Source: Ekhidna sp.
Lineage (GTDB): Bacteria > Bacteroidota > Bacteroidia > Cytophagales > Cyclobacteriaceae
Length of the DNA stretch: 64,000 nucleotides
Direction of reading: 5' to 3'
Assembly (NCBI GenBank): GCA_965601465.1
Contig: OZ271834.1
Span: 3,486,928 to 3,550,927, forward strand
Of the stretch, positions 48,236-57,826 are shown piece by piece. Under the pieces are notes generated by a model. The model saw only the letters and a program-made list of their open reading frames with translations, was not told where the DNA came from and made no database searches. A program made the translations under genes and the position numbers. Positions within the stretch are counted from its first letter, which is position 1. Each line of letters starts with the position of its first letter.

Positions 48236-49126
48236 ATGGCAGAAAGTAAATTCAAAAAAAGATCAGGCTTAGGAAGAGGCCTTGGAGCCCTTCTGGAAGA
48301 TTCTGGAGAGAAGGAAAAGATCAGCGGTTCAGGTGCAACGCCCAAAGGTGCCATTAGTGAGATAGAAATCTCAAAAATAGAAACGAATCCATGGCAACCC
48401 AGATCCGATTTTGATGAAGAAGCATTAAATGATTTAGCGGAATCAATCAAGGTTCAAGGGATCATTCAGCCCATTACCGTACGAGCGCTCAGTGAAAAAG
48501 AGTTTCAATTAATCTCTGGTGAACGAAGATTTCAAGCCAGTAAAAAAGCGGGACTTAAAACAATACCTGCTTATATCCGAGTAGCTGATGATCAGCAAAT
48601 GCTTGAAATGGCGCTCATTGAAAATATTCAACGTGAGAACTTAAATGCAATTGAAATTGCACTGAGTTATCAACGACTCTTGGCAGAGTGTGACTTAAAA
48701 CAGGAGCAGCTTGGTGAGCGTGTAGGTAAGAACCGAAGTACGGTCACCAACTACCTGCGCCTACTCAAACTTCCGCCAGATATTCAGATCGCATTGAGAG
48801 ATGGCAAACTAAGTATGGGGCATGCACGTGCGCTTATTTCCATCGATGATGTTGCGTTACAACTTGACATTTTCAACCAAATCATAAAACAAGATTTATC
48901 TGTTAGGAAAGTTGAGGAGTTGGTGCGTGGCAGTGGAAAAGTTGAAAAGAAAACAGCGAAATCAACATCTGTAGATCCGGAAATTAAGAAATTGCAAGAT
49001 AAGCTTTCGACTCACTTTGGCTCCAAAATAGCTATCAAGTCAAACGATCAGAATAAAGGTGAAATCAAGATTCCATTTTCTTCTACACAAGAATTGAATC
49101 GGATTCTGGAGATCTTAGATCTCTGA
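48236..49126 (+). CDS. parB: ParB/Spo0J partition protein
   Basis: ParB box (GIIQPITVR, ISGERRFQASKKAGL) and an HTH (QEQLGERVGKNRSTVTNYLRLLKL). Confidence 0.9.
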   Translation: MAESKFKKRSGLGRGLGALLEDSGEKEKISGSGATPKGAISEIEISKIETNPWQPRSDFDEEALNDLAESIKVQGIIQPITVRALSEKEFQLISGERRFQASKKAGLKTIPAYIRVADDQQMLEMALIENIQRENLNAIEIALSYQRLLAECDLKQEQLGERVGKNRSTVTNYLRLLKLPPDIQIALRDGKLSMGHARALISIDDVALQLDIFNQIIKQDLSVRKVEELVRGSGKVEKKTAKSTSVDPEIKKLQDKLSTHFGSKIAIKSNDQNKGEIKIPFSSTQELNRILEILDL

Positions 49127-49200
49127 TAACGAACAACCAATTGTTAAAACTTTCTGGATTCTCTTAATAATTCATATTTAGGCGCGAACTTTGCGAGGCA

Positions 49201-49791
49201 ATGGCCCAAATGATGAAAAAAATACTCTTGATTTTTGTTTTCGGCTGTATCAGCATAATCAGCTGGGCGCAAGACCAACCTATACTGATTGACGATTCCA
49301 CCTTTGTTCGTGCTGAAGAAAATGCGGAATTGTTTACTGAAGTATCAGAACTGGACCCCCAACGTGCAGCCCTCTTATCTGCACTGTTACCAGGCTTGGG
49401 ACAAGTGTACAACAAACAATATTGGAAAGTACCTATTGTGCTTGCGGGGATGCTAACGTTCGGCCATTTCATCAATTACAACAATAACGTTTATCACGGA
49501 TTAAGGAATGCAGCTCTATTGACTGCCAAAGGCCAGCCCAATCCATACCAATCGATCATCAGCACAGAATCTTCATTGGTAAGAAGTAGAGATGTATTCA
49601 GAAGAAATAGAGACTTCCTTATTATTATCGGTTCTGCGTTCTATATACTGCAAATAGTAGACGCTCATGTTTCCGCTCATTTAGAAGAGTTTAAGGTCAA
49701 TGACAAACTTGCTTTCAGTATTGAGCCATCAATTCAGTCAACTCCATTACTTTCGCAGGCTGTAGGAGTTTCATTTGTACTGAAATTTTAG
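49201..49791 (+). CDS. DUF5683-family protein
   Basis: Signal peptide and the ALLSALLPGLGQVYNKQYWKVPIV motif. Its position after parB is typical of Bacteroidetes. Confidence 0.65.
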   Translation: MAQMMKKILLIFVFGCISIISWAQDQPILIDDSTFVRAEENAELFTEVSELDPQRAALLSALLPGLGQVYNKQYWKVPIVLAGMLTFGHFINYNNNVYHGLRNAALLTAKGQPNPYQSIISTESSLVRSRDVFRRNRDFLIIIGSAFYILQIVDAHVSAHLEEFKVNDKLAFSIEPSIQSTPLLSQAVGVSFVLKF

Positions 49792-49794
49792 CCA

Positions 49795-50505
49795 ATGAGA
49801 ATTGCTTTAATCGGATATGGAAAGATGGGTAAAGCCATCGAAAAGATTGCTTTATCAAAAGGACATACAGTAGTTCTTAAAGTGGAAGAAGGTACAGACT
49901 TAACTCAATTGATTGAAAAAAAGCCAGATTTAGCTATTGAGTTCACTCAACCTGAATCTGCTTTCAATAACATTTCCTTTTGCATTAATAATGGCATCCC
50001 TGTGATTGTTGGGACTACCGGTTGGTTGGATCGATTGCCAGATGTAGAAAGATTGTGCAAGGAAAAGAATGGCACATTTCTTTTTGCTTCAAATTTTAGC
50101 ATTGGCGTGAATCTCTTTTTTGAACTCAATAAGTGGCTTTCAGACAAAATATCGCAGCTTAGCTTTACTCCATCCATGAAAGAAATTCATCACACGGAAA
50201 AAAAAGATAGTCCAAGTGGTACCGCCATTACTTTAGCCGAGGGAATCATGGCCTCTTATCCTTCCATTTCTGAATGGACAAACGCTGAATCTGCCGATCA
50301 TAAAAAATTAGGAATAGTATCTGAGCGAATTCCCAACGTACCGGGTACCCATACCGTAAGCTATTCGTCTCCTTTAGAATCCATTGAGATCACACATACA
50401 GCACACGACAGAAGTGTGTTTGCAGAAGGTGTTGTTAAAGTGGGAGAATGGATTCATCAGAAAAAAGGAGTTTTTACTATGTCAGATTTTATTAACGATA
50501 AATAA
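49795..50505 (+). CDS. dapB: 4-hydroxy-tetrahydrodipicolinate reductase
   Basis: MRIALIGYGKMGK Rossmann motif, plus EIHHTEKKDSPSGTA and the GTHTV region. Confidence 0.9.
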   Translation: MRIALIGYGKMGKAIEKIALSKGHTVVLKVEEGTDLTQLIEKKPDLAIEFTQPESAFNNISFCINNGIPVIVGTTGWLDRLPDVERLCKEKNGTFLFASNFSIGVNLFFELNKWLSDKISQLSFTPSMKEIHHTEKKDSPSGTAITLAEGIMASYPSISEWTNAESADHKKLGIVSERIPNVPGTHTVSYSSPLESIEITHTAHDRSVFAEGVVKVGEWIHQKKGVFTMSDFINDK

Positions 50506-50509
50506 CCAT

Positions 50510-51964
50510 ATGTACTTTCACGATTTCAATCCTGTCTTTGTCATTACGTTCCTCATTTTGTGGTTCGTCCTTCAAGGTACTGCATATTATAAATTCTTTG
50601 AAAAAGCTGGCAAAGAAGGATGGAAAGGATTCGTTCCTGTCTTAAACTATTACATCCACCTTGAAATTGTAGGACGCCCAAAATGGTGGGTTCTATTATT
50701 ATTTGTGCCGGTTATCAATTTTTTTGTAGCTCTAACAATGCACCTGGATTTAATGAAGTCCTTTGGTAAATACACCTACGTTGACCAGGTTTTGGGAGTA
50801 GTATTTGCGCCCATTTATATGAATTACATTGCCTGGACCGAAACGAAGTACATTGATAAGGCTACTGAAATTCCAAAGCCTAAGAAATCCTTTGGGAAGG
50901 AGTGGTTTGAGGCCATTGTTTTTGCGGTTTTCTGCGCCACATTCGTGCGATGGATATTTATGGAAGCCTATGTTATCCCAACGGGATCCATGGAACGCTC
51001 ATTATTAGTAGGAGATTTTTTATTCGTTAGTAAAGCCGAATATGGCCCAAGGACTCCACAGACGCCTCTTCAAGTTCCTTTAACTCACCAAACCATTTGG
51101 GGGACAGAAATCCCGTCTTACATTCCTGGAGTATCGCTACCAAGTTTGAGACTTCCCTCATTAGGCAAAGTTGAACGAAATGATGTGGTCGTATTTAACT
51201 ACCCGGTAAATGATAATTATAACCAGCGAAGAGATGGAGATTATCACCCAATGGATCTTAAAACGCATTACATCAAACGATGCGTGGCTATTGCAGGCGA
51301 AACCATAGAAATAAAAAATACCCAGGTTTTTGTAAACGGAGAAGAGCAGGAAAACCCACCATTGATGCAGCATCAATACTTCGTGAGAACAAGTGAGAAT
51401 ATTCGGGAACGGGTATTTGAGAATCTAAATGTCAACCCCTATAACAGTGTCACCAGGCATCCCAATGGATTCTTTGTACATATGCCAGTTGCGGTTGCTG
51501 CTGAGTTTGAGAAGCTACCTTTTGTTGAAAGTGTAACGCTGCAGCTAATCCCGGAAGAGGAACCTGAGCGAAACATCTTCCCTAATGCTACTTATTTCCG
51601 TTGGAACAGGGACTTCTTTGGACCACTTACCGTTCCGTCCAGAGGTATGACCATAGAAGTAACCGAAGAGAATCTTGCCATGTATGGCACTACCATATCA
51701 AATTACGAAGGCCACGATACGGTTGAAATCAATATCGATAAGCTTACTGTTAATGGAGAAGATTTAACAGAGTACACATTTAAGAAAGACTACTACTTTA
51801 TGATGGGTGATAATCGACACGCTTCGGATGATTCACGTTACTGGGGATTTGTCCCTGAAGACAATATCGTAGGAGAAGCATCATTCATTTGGATGTCTTA
51901 TGATACCAACGCAAGTTTCCTAAACAAAATCCGTTGGAGCAGGCTATTTAACGGAATAGAGTAA
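50510..51964 (+). CDS. lepB: Signal peptidase I with an N-terminal DUF5684-like membrane extension
   Basis: ATG 50510 (the tracked ORF 50384 overlaps dapB). Catalytic motifs IPTGSMERSL and YIKRCVAIAGE, plus GDNRHASDDSRYWGFVP. Confidence 0.9.
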   Translation: MYFHDFNPVFVITFLILWFVLQGTAYYKFFEKAGKEGWKGFVPVLNYYIHLEIVGRPKWWVLLLFVPVINFFVALTMHLDLMKSFGKYTYVDQVLGVVFAPIYMNYIAWTETKYIDKATEIPKPKKSFGKEWFEAIVFAVFCATFVRWIFMEAYVIPTGSMERSLLVGDFLFVSKAEYGPRTPQTPLQVPLTHQTIWGTEIPSYIPGVSLPSLRLPSLGKVERNDVVVFNYPVNDNYNQRRDGDYHPMDLKTHYIKRCVAIAGETIEIKNTQVFVNGEEQENPPLMQHQYFVRTSENIRERVFENLNVNPYNSVTRHPNGFFVHMPVAVAAEFEKLPFVESVTLQLIPEEEPERNIFPNATYFRWNRDFFGPLTVPSRGMTIEVTEENLAMYGTTISNYEGHDTVEINIDKLTVNGEDLTEYTFKKDYYFMMGDNRHASDDSRYWGFVPEDNIVGEASFIWMSYDTNASFLNKIRWSRLFNGIE

Positions 51965-52039
51965 TCAGGAAATCCATGCAACGAAATAAAAAAGGCCTAT
52001 GACAAAAACTGCTCCCAGGCCAAGAAATATGAATAAAGC

Positions 52040-52068
52040 AAGGCACCCTTTAAAGAGTGCCTTTTTTT
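52040..52068. terminator. Bidirectional hairpin terminator between convergent lepB and the S41 peptidase gene
   Basis: aaggcac-cctttaaaga-gtgcctt, flanked by an A-run upstream and ttttttt downstream. Confidence 0.6.
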
Positions 52069-52111
52069 GATGATCTGGCCTGTAAAAGTGCTCAATATTA
52101 TGACTCATTGC

Positions 52112-53581
52112 TTATTCGAATATTTGGCTTCCAATAATTTTAGTGAGCTTATTGTCATCAATTAGAATAGTACTTGTTGGAGCTTTCATTCTAATATCCT
52201 GTATTGGTTGCATATTTCCTGGGGTGCGCGGGGCAATACGAGCAGCACCTGTAATTACACCCAAAGCCTCAGCCAATAGTGGCTCATTGGGGTCACCAAG
52301 CGACTTAAAGTCTTCGAGAAAATCTACTTCCCGTATTTCAAAATCAGGTGTAAATCCATCAATGTAGTCCGTAAATCCATCAGAATTGGCCAATTGGCTA
52401 ATGATTGGTTGTAAAGCATACGTATGATTTGGATTAAGCGTCGCAGACTTTAGGTAATCTTCTGAATCGTACAGGGTAACAGAACCAACATTCTTTCCTA
52501 CTGTTGTCTCACCAATAAGTGTCACATCCATGAAAGGTTGCAAACCAGCGATCACAAATTCTGATGCAGAAGCACTGCTACTACTAGTGAGGATGAAAAT
52601 GCGATTAATATTTAATCTATTCATCGTAAGCGTTGAGATCTGGGCACCATCATCATTGAAGACTGGAATTTCTGAAAAGAAACTAAGATCGGTATTGAAT
52701 TCTGAAAGCTTTTCATTGTAAATGATCGTTCCAAGCACATCATCAGATGTTGCGGCTCCATAAATCATAGAGCCAAGAATTCTTGAGCTAGTTAATGATC
52801 CTCCTGCATTATATCTTAAATCTAAAATTAGGTCATTGATACCGGCACTATTGAATTCACCAAAAACATCATTTAGTTCAGCATTATAAGTATTGTTATT
52901 GATGAATGAATTGTAGACCAAGTAGCCAACTTTCACTCCTTCAAGTTCCAAAATATCAGAAAGAAAAATTGGATTCTCGAATAGGTTACTGACTGCATTT
53001 AATGTCACTTCTTCCGAAGTGGCACTTATCGCATTATCCACAATTTCAGACAACCTTATTGTTATGCTACTATTTTCAAATAACAATGGGATATAATTAT
53101 TAATGTTCAGGGTTTGACCATTTACTTCTGTAAATACATCACCTCTTTCCAAGCCGGCAGTTGCAGCCGGTCCACCCGGAACGATGTATCGCACATAGGC
53201 AAGCAAGTCATCACTTCCACTATTGATTCTCACCAAGCCAATGTTATAGCCAAATTCACTGATTCCTTGAAATGACTCCTCCAACGCAACAAAATCATTC
53301 ACCATCCAGGAAAAGCGGTCATCTTCAAACAGTAAATCATCAAACAATGATTCAGGGGAATCGTAATCATCAATAAACGGATTGAGAACCGCTGAAATAG
53401 CATCCGACAGTTCTGAAACATCCGATTGCCAATAATAAAATTGGTTCATTGCGGTCCAAACGAATCGTTTAACCTGTGTATCAACCGGGGTAGGACCGTC
53501 ATCACTGCTACAAGCATTAACTAAACCAACAACCAGCAATAATCCCAAGAATCTAATTTTCATCAACTTCATATTTCTCAC
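52112..53581 (-). CDS. S41-family (C-terminal processing) peptidase lipoprotein with a PDZ domain
   Basis: Lipobox LVNAC, a PDZ-like segment (GPAATAGLERGDVFTEVNGQ) and an S41 core (DLRYNAGGSL...SSSASASEF). Confidence 0.8.
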   Translation of the reverse strand: MRNMKLMKIRFLGLLLVVGLVNACSSDDGPTPVDTQVKRFVWTAMNQFYYWQSDVSELSDAISAVLNPFIDDYDSPESLFDDLLFEDDRFSWMVNDFVALEESFQGISEFGYNIGLVRINSGSDDLLAYVRYIVPGGPAATAGLERGDVFTEVNGQTLNINNYIPLLFENSSITIRLSEIVDNAISATSEEVTLNAVSNLFENPIFLSDILELEGVKVGYLVYNSFINNNTYNAELNDVFGEFNSAGINDLILDLRYNAGGSLTSSRILGSMIYGAATSDDVLGTIIYNEKLSEFNTDLSFFSEIPVFNDDGAQISTLTMNRLNINRIFILTSSSSASASEFVIAGLQPFMDVTLIGETTVGKNVGSVTLYDSEDYLKSATLNPNHTYALQPIISQLANSDGFTDYIDGFTPDFEIREVDFLEDFKSLGDPNEPLLAEALGVITGAARIAPRTPGNMQPIQDIRMKAPTSTILIDDNKLTKIIGSQIFE

Positions 53582-53626
53582 TCAATTAGAACAACAACAT
53601 CCTGTTATTCACTTATTAACGTAAAA

Positions 53627-54289
53627 TTACCAATTTATGCGTGTAAGACCCTTAGATGTAAGGTATTGGTTGGTTTTTGAAAAATGTCTGTTCCCGAAAA
53701 ATCCTGAGTGCGCAGAAAATGGTGAAGGGTGCGGTGATTTGAGAATTAAATGTTTGTTAGCATTCAAGAAAGCTCCTTTCTTTTGTGCGTATGCTCCCCA
53801 CAATAGAAACACAATATGCTCTTTTTCATTAGAAATAACCTCCAACACAGCATCTGTAAAGGTTTCCCATCCACGATTTTGATGAGAACCTGCTTTTGAT
53901 GCCTCAACAGTCAATGTAGCATTGAGTAATAACACCCCTTGATCTGCCCATCTTTCAAGATTCCCGGATTCAGGAATTGGCAGCCCCAGATCACTTTGAA
54001 TCTCTTTAAAAATATTCTGTAAAGATGGTGGATGCCTGACTCCATCTGCTACCGAAAAACAGAGTCCATTTGCCTGTCCCGGACCATGATAAGGATCCTG
54101 GCCAACTATCACCACCTTAACATCATCAAATGAACAGTGATCAAAGGCACTAAAAATCAATGACCCAGGCGGATAAATTTTCTTTTGACCGTACGATTCT
54201 TTTACAAATGCTACTAGCTCATGAAAATACTCCTTCTCAAACTCATCCTGCAATTGTCTTCTCCAGCTTTCGTTTATTTTAACGGTCAT
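53627..54289 (-). CDS. ung: Uracil-DNA glycosylase (family 1)
   Basis: VVIVGQDPYHGPGQANGLCFS, LLLNATLTV and the HPSPFSA motif. Confidence 0.95.
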   Translation of the reverse strand: MTVKINESWRRQLQDEFEKEYFHELVAFVKESYGQKKIYPPGSLIFSAFDHCSFDDVKVVIVGQDPYHGPGQANGLCFSVADGVRHPPSLQNIFKEIQSDLGLPIPESGNLERWADQGVLLLNATLTVEASKAGSHQNRGWETFTDAVLEVISNEKEHIVFLLWGAYAQKKGAFLNANKHLILKSPHPSPFSAHSGFFGNRHFSKTNQYLTSKGLTRINW

Positions 54290-54355
54290 ATTTAATTACT
54301 TAATCCTGATGTTGGTAAATTAAATTTAATTTCTATTAAATTGTCCCCCAGGAAT

Positions 54356-54742
54356 ATGATTACTGGAGTTACAAAAGGCATAAAAGTTTCAGTCGAGACA
54401 GACTATCAACCGGAGCATTCGCAACCGGCACACGAGCACTTTGTGTTTACTTACAGAATTACCATAGAAAATAATTCTAGTAATACCGTGCAGTTAAAAG
54501 CACGTCACTGGGATATTACAGATGCAACACATCCTAAGTACGAAGTTGATGGTGAAGGTGTCGTTGGCAAACAACCAATTCTAGAACCCGGAGAAATTCA
54601 TCAATATGTTTCCGGATGTAACCTAAAATCCGGAATTGGGAAAATGGGTGGTTACTACATCATGGAAAGGATCCTTGATGGGCGATTATTTAACGTTGAG
54701 ATCCCCGAGTTTTTAATGGTGGTGCCATTTAAACTAAACTAG
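54356..54742 (+). CDS. apaG: ApaG (DUF525) protein
   Basis: GIKVSVETDYQPEHSQP...FVFTYRITIEN...QLKARHWDITDA...GEGVVGKQP. ATG 54356 is preferred over TTG 54341. Confidence 0.85.
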   Translation: MITGVTKGIKVSVETDYQPEHSQPAHEHFVFTYRITIENNSSNTVQLKARHWDITDATHPKYEVDGEGVVGKQPILEPGEIHQYVSGCNLKSGIGKMGGYYIMERILDGRLFNVEIPEFLMVVPFKLN

Positions 54743-54745
54743 CAC

Positions 54746-55519
54746 TTGATCAGGATTTTTCTATTCAGATTGAAATATTATCTGATGTACAAATTGCGAG
54801 CTGTGGGTCCGCATGCTTTGCACTCTCCTTTCCTCTTCGATCTCTATAATAAGGTGGTTAAGCCATCCAAAAAATTCAGATTAGATAATGTGGAAGGGCT
54901 CAGAAAAGATCTTAAAGCCAATCACGAAATGATTGATTTGTTCGATCTAAAGACCCAGAGAGGCTTTCGCAAAACCATTAGCTCTATTGCACAAACTTCA
55001 TTAAGTACTCCAAAATTTTCCTCTTTTCTTTTCCTCTTAATAAAGTATCTAAAAGCCAATTCTGTTTTAGAAACAGGTACTTCACTTGGCATCAACAGTT
55101 TATATCTTGCTGGACCGGAGCTCGTAAAGAACGTAAGTACCATTGAAGCATCTCCTATCCTGGCAACCATTGCCAAAAAGCAGTTTAATAAATTGCTTCA
55201 AAAAAAAATTCAAATCAAAACAGGCACTATTCAGGATGAATTTGACGCATTGGTAGTAAAAGAGCAACCAGAAGTATGTTTTCTGGATGCTGACCACCAG
55301 GCAAGTGCAGTTAAATACTGCATTGAAACGCTAATTAAGCACTGCCCGCAGATTAAGTGTATCGTCATACATGATATTTATTGGTCAGAAGACATGCTTG
55401 CCGGATGGAATGCAATCAAACAGCGAAAGGACTTTCCACTGACGGTCGATATCTTCCAGGCGGGATTAATTTTTCCTAATGTGGATATGCCAAAACAACA
55501 TTTTACGTTACGTTTTTAA
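54746..55519 (+). CDS. Class I SAM-dependent (O-)methyltransferase
   Basis: SAM-binding motif VLETGTSLGINSLYLA and the acidic FLDADH motif. TTG start 4 nt after the apaG stop. Confidence 0.65.
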   Translation: MIRIFLFRLKYYLMYKLRAVGPHALHSPFLFDLYNKVVKPSKKFRLDNVEGLRKDLKANHEMIDLFDLKTQRGFRKTISSIAQTSLSTPKFSSFLFLLIKYLKANSVLETGTSLGINSLYLAGPELVKNVSTIEASPILATIAKKQFNKLLQKKIQIKTGTIQDEFDALVVKEQPEVCFLDADHQASAVKYCIETLIKHCPQIKCIVIHDIYWSEDMLAGWNAIKQRKDFPLTVDIFQAGLIFPNVDMPKQHFTLRF

Positions 55520-55535
55520 TCATTCGTCATTTTTC

Positions 55536-55543
55536 TACTTTTG
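55536..55543 (+). promoter_or_regulatory. Candidate -7 box (TACTTTTG)
   Basis: TAnnTTTG match 19 nt upstream of ATG 55562. Confidence 0.4.
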
Positions 55544-55561
55544 CGACCATAATTCAAACAC

Positions 55562-56494
55562 ATGGAAGAACAGAATTCACCCGAAAAGCAACCATCTTAT
55601 TTGGAGCCCAAAAAAAACAGAACTCCGATCTTTATGATCGTTACGTTTATTTTATTGGTAGCTGTGGTCTTTTTCTATTACCAAAACCAGCAATTAGAAG
55701 AAGAAAAAGAACGACAGTTCCAAGAAATTTTATCAACGCAAGCTCAACTGGACTCAATTGGCGATGAACTTGATATTCGAATCCAAACCATTCTGGAGCT
55801 TGGTGGCGAGGTAGATACTCTAGAGGCAATCAAAGCGCAATTGGAGGCTGATAAAAAACAACTGTTGGTGGACGCTGAATACCAAAGAGGACGTATCACA
55901 AAACTGAATAATCGCGTTGCTGGTTACAAAGAGCTTCTTCTGCTAAAGGATGAGGAGATAGAACAGCTGAAAGTTCTCAACGAGCAACTTACGGAGGAAA
56001 ACACAACACTCAAGGTCGAAAAAGATCAACTCAATCAGACCGTTCAGGAGCTGGAAGAAAACAAAAAAGAGTTAGCGAGCAAGGTGGCCTATGCTTCCAG
56101 ACTACAGATTGAAGGCATGAAGGTCAATGCCATAAATGACAAGGGTAGAGAAAGAAGTGGAGGTGAATATCGAAACCGCCATATTGAACAGCTTAAAATT
56201 CAATTCACCGTTGTAGAAAATGAGATTGCACCAATCGAAGGGAAAGATTTATTGCTTCGTGTGATTGCTCCGGATGGCAATGTATTGTTTGATGTTACCA
56301 GAGGATCAGGTTCATTTACCTTCGAAAATCGTGAATTGTTCTACACGGCTAAGCAGGAAATTCTTTACGATAGAAATAGTCAACAAGTCACTTTTCTATA
56401 TTCCAAGGGCAGTGATTATGCCATAGGACAGCACAAAGTGGAGGTATACACGGATGATTACTTGATGGGTGATGGATCATTTATGGTTAAGTAG
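55562..56494 (+). CDS. Membrane-anchored coiled-coil protein with a C-terminal beta-rich domain (hypothetical)
   Basis: One TM helix (IFMIVTFILLVAVVFFYY), ~150 aa of heptad-like E/K/L/Q-rich sequence, then a ~130-aa globular tail. Confidence 0.5.
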   Translation: MEEQNSPEKQPSYLEPKKNRTPIFMIVTFILLVAVVFFYYQNQQLEEEKERQFQEILSTQAQLDSIGDELDIRIQTILELGGEVDTLEAIKAQLEADKKQLLVDAEYQRGRITKLNNRVAGYKELLLLKDEEIEQLKVLNEQLTEENTTLKVEKDQLNQTVQELEENKKELASKVAYASRLQIEGMKVNAINDKGRERSGGEYRNRHIEQLKIQFTVVENEIAPIEGKDLLLRVIAPDGNVLFDVTRGSGSFTFENRELFYTAKQEILYDRNSQQVTFLYSKGSDYAIGQHKVEVYTDDYLMGDGSFMVK

Positions 56495-56607
56495 TGACTA
56501 GTTGATTAGTGACTAGTTGATTAGTAGACTAGTTGATTAGTTGATACCAATTACTGATTTACTAATTACTAGTTACTCATCACTGATTTACTAATTACCA
56601 ATCAGTG
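56495..56607. repeat. Stop-codon-rich short tandem repeats (3.4 x TGACTAGTTGATTAG, then 2 x ACTGATTTACTAATTAC)
   Basis: Unit copies lie at 56495-56509, 56510-56524 and 56525-56540 (1-nt variant), with a partial copy at 56541-56546. A second motif occurs at 56553-56569 and 56582-56598. Each unit carries TGA/TAG in all three plus-strand frames. Confidence 0.85.
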
Positions 56608-56637
56608 TTGATTTTTCTCAAGTTTTACTTACTTTTG
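56607..56637 (+). promoter_or_regulatory. Candidate promoter of rpsF-rpsR-rplI (GTTG-N19-TACTTTTG)
   Basis: -7 box TACTTTTG at 56630-56637 and TTG at 56608-56610 with a 19-nt spacer, 42 nt upstream of ATG 56679. Confidence 0.5.
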
Positions 56638-56678
56638 CACCTCATTTTTTAACAACAGTTCTTAATTTATTTACAATT

Positions 56679-57044
56679 ATGAAGAATTACGAGACGGTAT
56701 TCATTTTGACTCCCGTTTTGTCTGAAGCTCAGATGAAGGATACTGTCGGAAAATTCAAGAAAGTTCTTACCGATAACGGTGCAGAGATCGTTAACGAAGA
56801 GAACTGGGGATTGCGCAAGCTTGCCTACCCTATTCAGCATAAAACCACTGGGTTTTATCAGCTATTTGAATTCCGAGCAGAGCCTACATCAATTTCTAAG
56901 TTAGAGACAGAATACAGGAGAGACGAAGCAGTGATGAGATTTCTCACCACTACATTGGACAAGCACGCAGTTGTTTACAACGAGCGTAGAAAGAAAGGCG
57001 AATTCAACAAGAATAAAGAAACCAAGAAGGAGGCAGCCAAATGA
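56679..57044 (+). CDS. rpsF: 30S ribosomal protein S6
   Basis: [12 protein letters not shown]...[11 protein letters not shown]...GFYQLFEF. Confidence 0.95.
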   Translation: MKNYETVFILTPVLSEAQMKDTVGKFKKVLTDNGAEIVNEENWGLRKLAYPIQHKTTGFYQLFEFRAEPTSISKLETEYRRDEAVMRFLTTTLDKHAVVYNERRKKGEFNKNKETKKEAAK

Positions 57045-57292
57045 CATTACAGAACGAACCAATAAACAGAGAGCAGAAGAAGGATAAGTATTGCCGATTC
57101 AAAAAAAACGGCATCAAATACATCGACTATAAAGATCCTGATTTCTTGCTAAAGTTTGTGAACGAGCAAGGTAAGATCCTTCCTCGAAGACTTACAGGTA
57201 CAAGCCTTAAGTATCAAAGAAAAGTGTCTCAGGCGATCAAAAGATCGAGACACCTGGCATTGATGCCATATGTTGGAGATTCCCTTAAATAA
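57041..57292 (+). CDS. rpsR: 30S ribosomal protein S18
   Basis: [16 protein letters not shown]...[36 protein letters not shown] overlap with rpsF. Confidence 0.95.
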   Translation: MTLQNEPINREQKKDKYCRFKKNGIKYIDYKDPDFLLKFVNEQGKILPRRLTGTSLKYQRKVSQAIKRSRHLALMPYVGDSLK

Positions 57293-57300
57293 ACACTGAC

Positions 57301-57744
57301 ATGGAAGTAATATTAAGAGAAGATATACAAGGTCTTGGCTACAAAAACGATACAGTTGAAGTGAAGCCAGGATATGGCAGAAACTTTCTGATTCCTAGAG
57401 GTATGGCGATCATCGCAAGTGATTCTAACAAAAAGATGATCAGCGAGAACATTCGTCAGGCTGCTCACAAAGCTGAGAAGGCTAAGAAAGATGCTGAAGA
57501 AATCGCTAAAAAGATTGGAGAATTGACGCTAGAGATCAAAACAAAAGCCGGCGAGAGCGGCAAGATTTTTGGAGCCATCACTCCTATTCAGGTTGCTGAG
57601 GCATTGAGCACGAAGGGACATGAAGTAGATAGAAAACGAATTTCTTTCGAGCAGAAAATCAAAGAGTTGGGTGAATATACTGCCCTACTCGATCTACACA
57701 AAGAAGTTCACCACCCAATCCAAATCAAGGTGGTCGCTGAATAA
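57301..57744 (+). CDS. rplI: 50S ribosomal protein L9
   Basis: MEVILREDIQGLGYKNDTVEVKPGYGRNFLIP.... Confidence 0.95.
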   Translation: MEVILREDIQGLGYKNDTVEVKPGYGRNFLIPRGMAIIASDSNKKMISENIRQAAHKAEKAKKDAEEIAKKIGELTLEIKTKAGESGKIFGAITPIQVAEALSTKGHEVDRKRISFEQKIKELGEYTALLDLHKEVHHPIQIKVVAE

Positions 57745-57771
57745 GCAGTTTAATAGTTCTTAGAAATATAT

Positions 57772-57804
57772 AAAGCCCTATACCGAAAGGTATGGGGCTT
57801 TTTT
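57772..57804 (+). terminator. Rho-independent terminator after rplI
   Basis: aaagccctatacc-gaaa-ggtatggggcttt forms a 13-bp stem with one G-U pair and runs into a T-tract. Confidence 0.8.
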
Positions 57805-57826
57805 CTTCCAAGTTCATAAATTTAAA

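Noticed and set aside
56495-56607. CRISPR array
   Set aside because: The units are 15-17 nt and directly contiguous with no unique spacers. No cas genes are present anywhere in the window.
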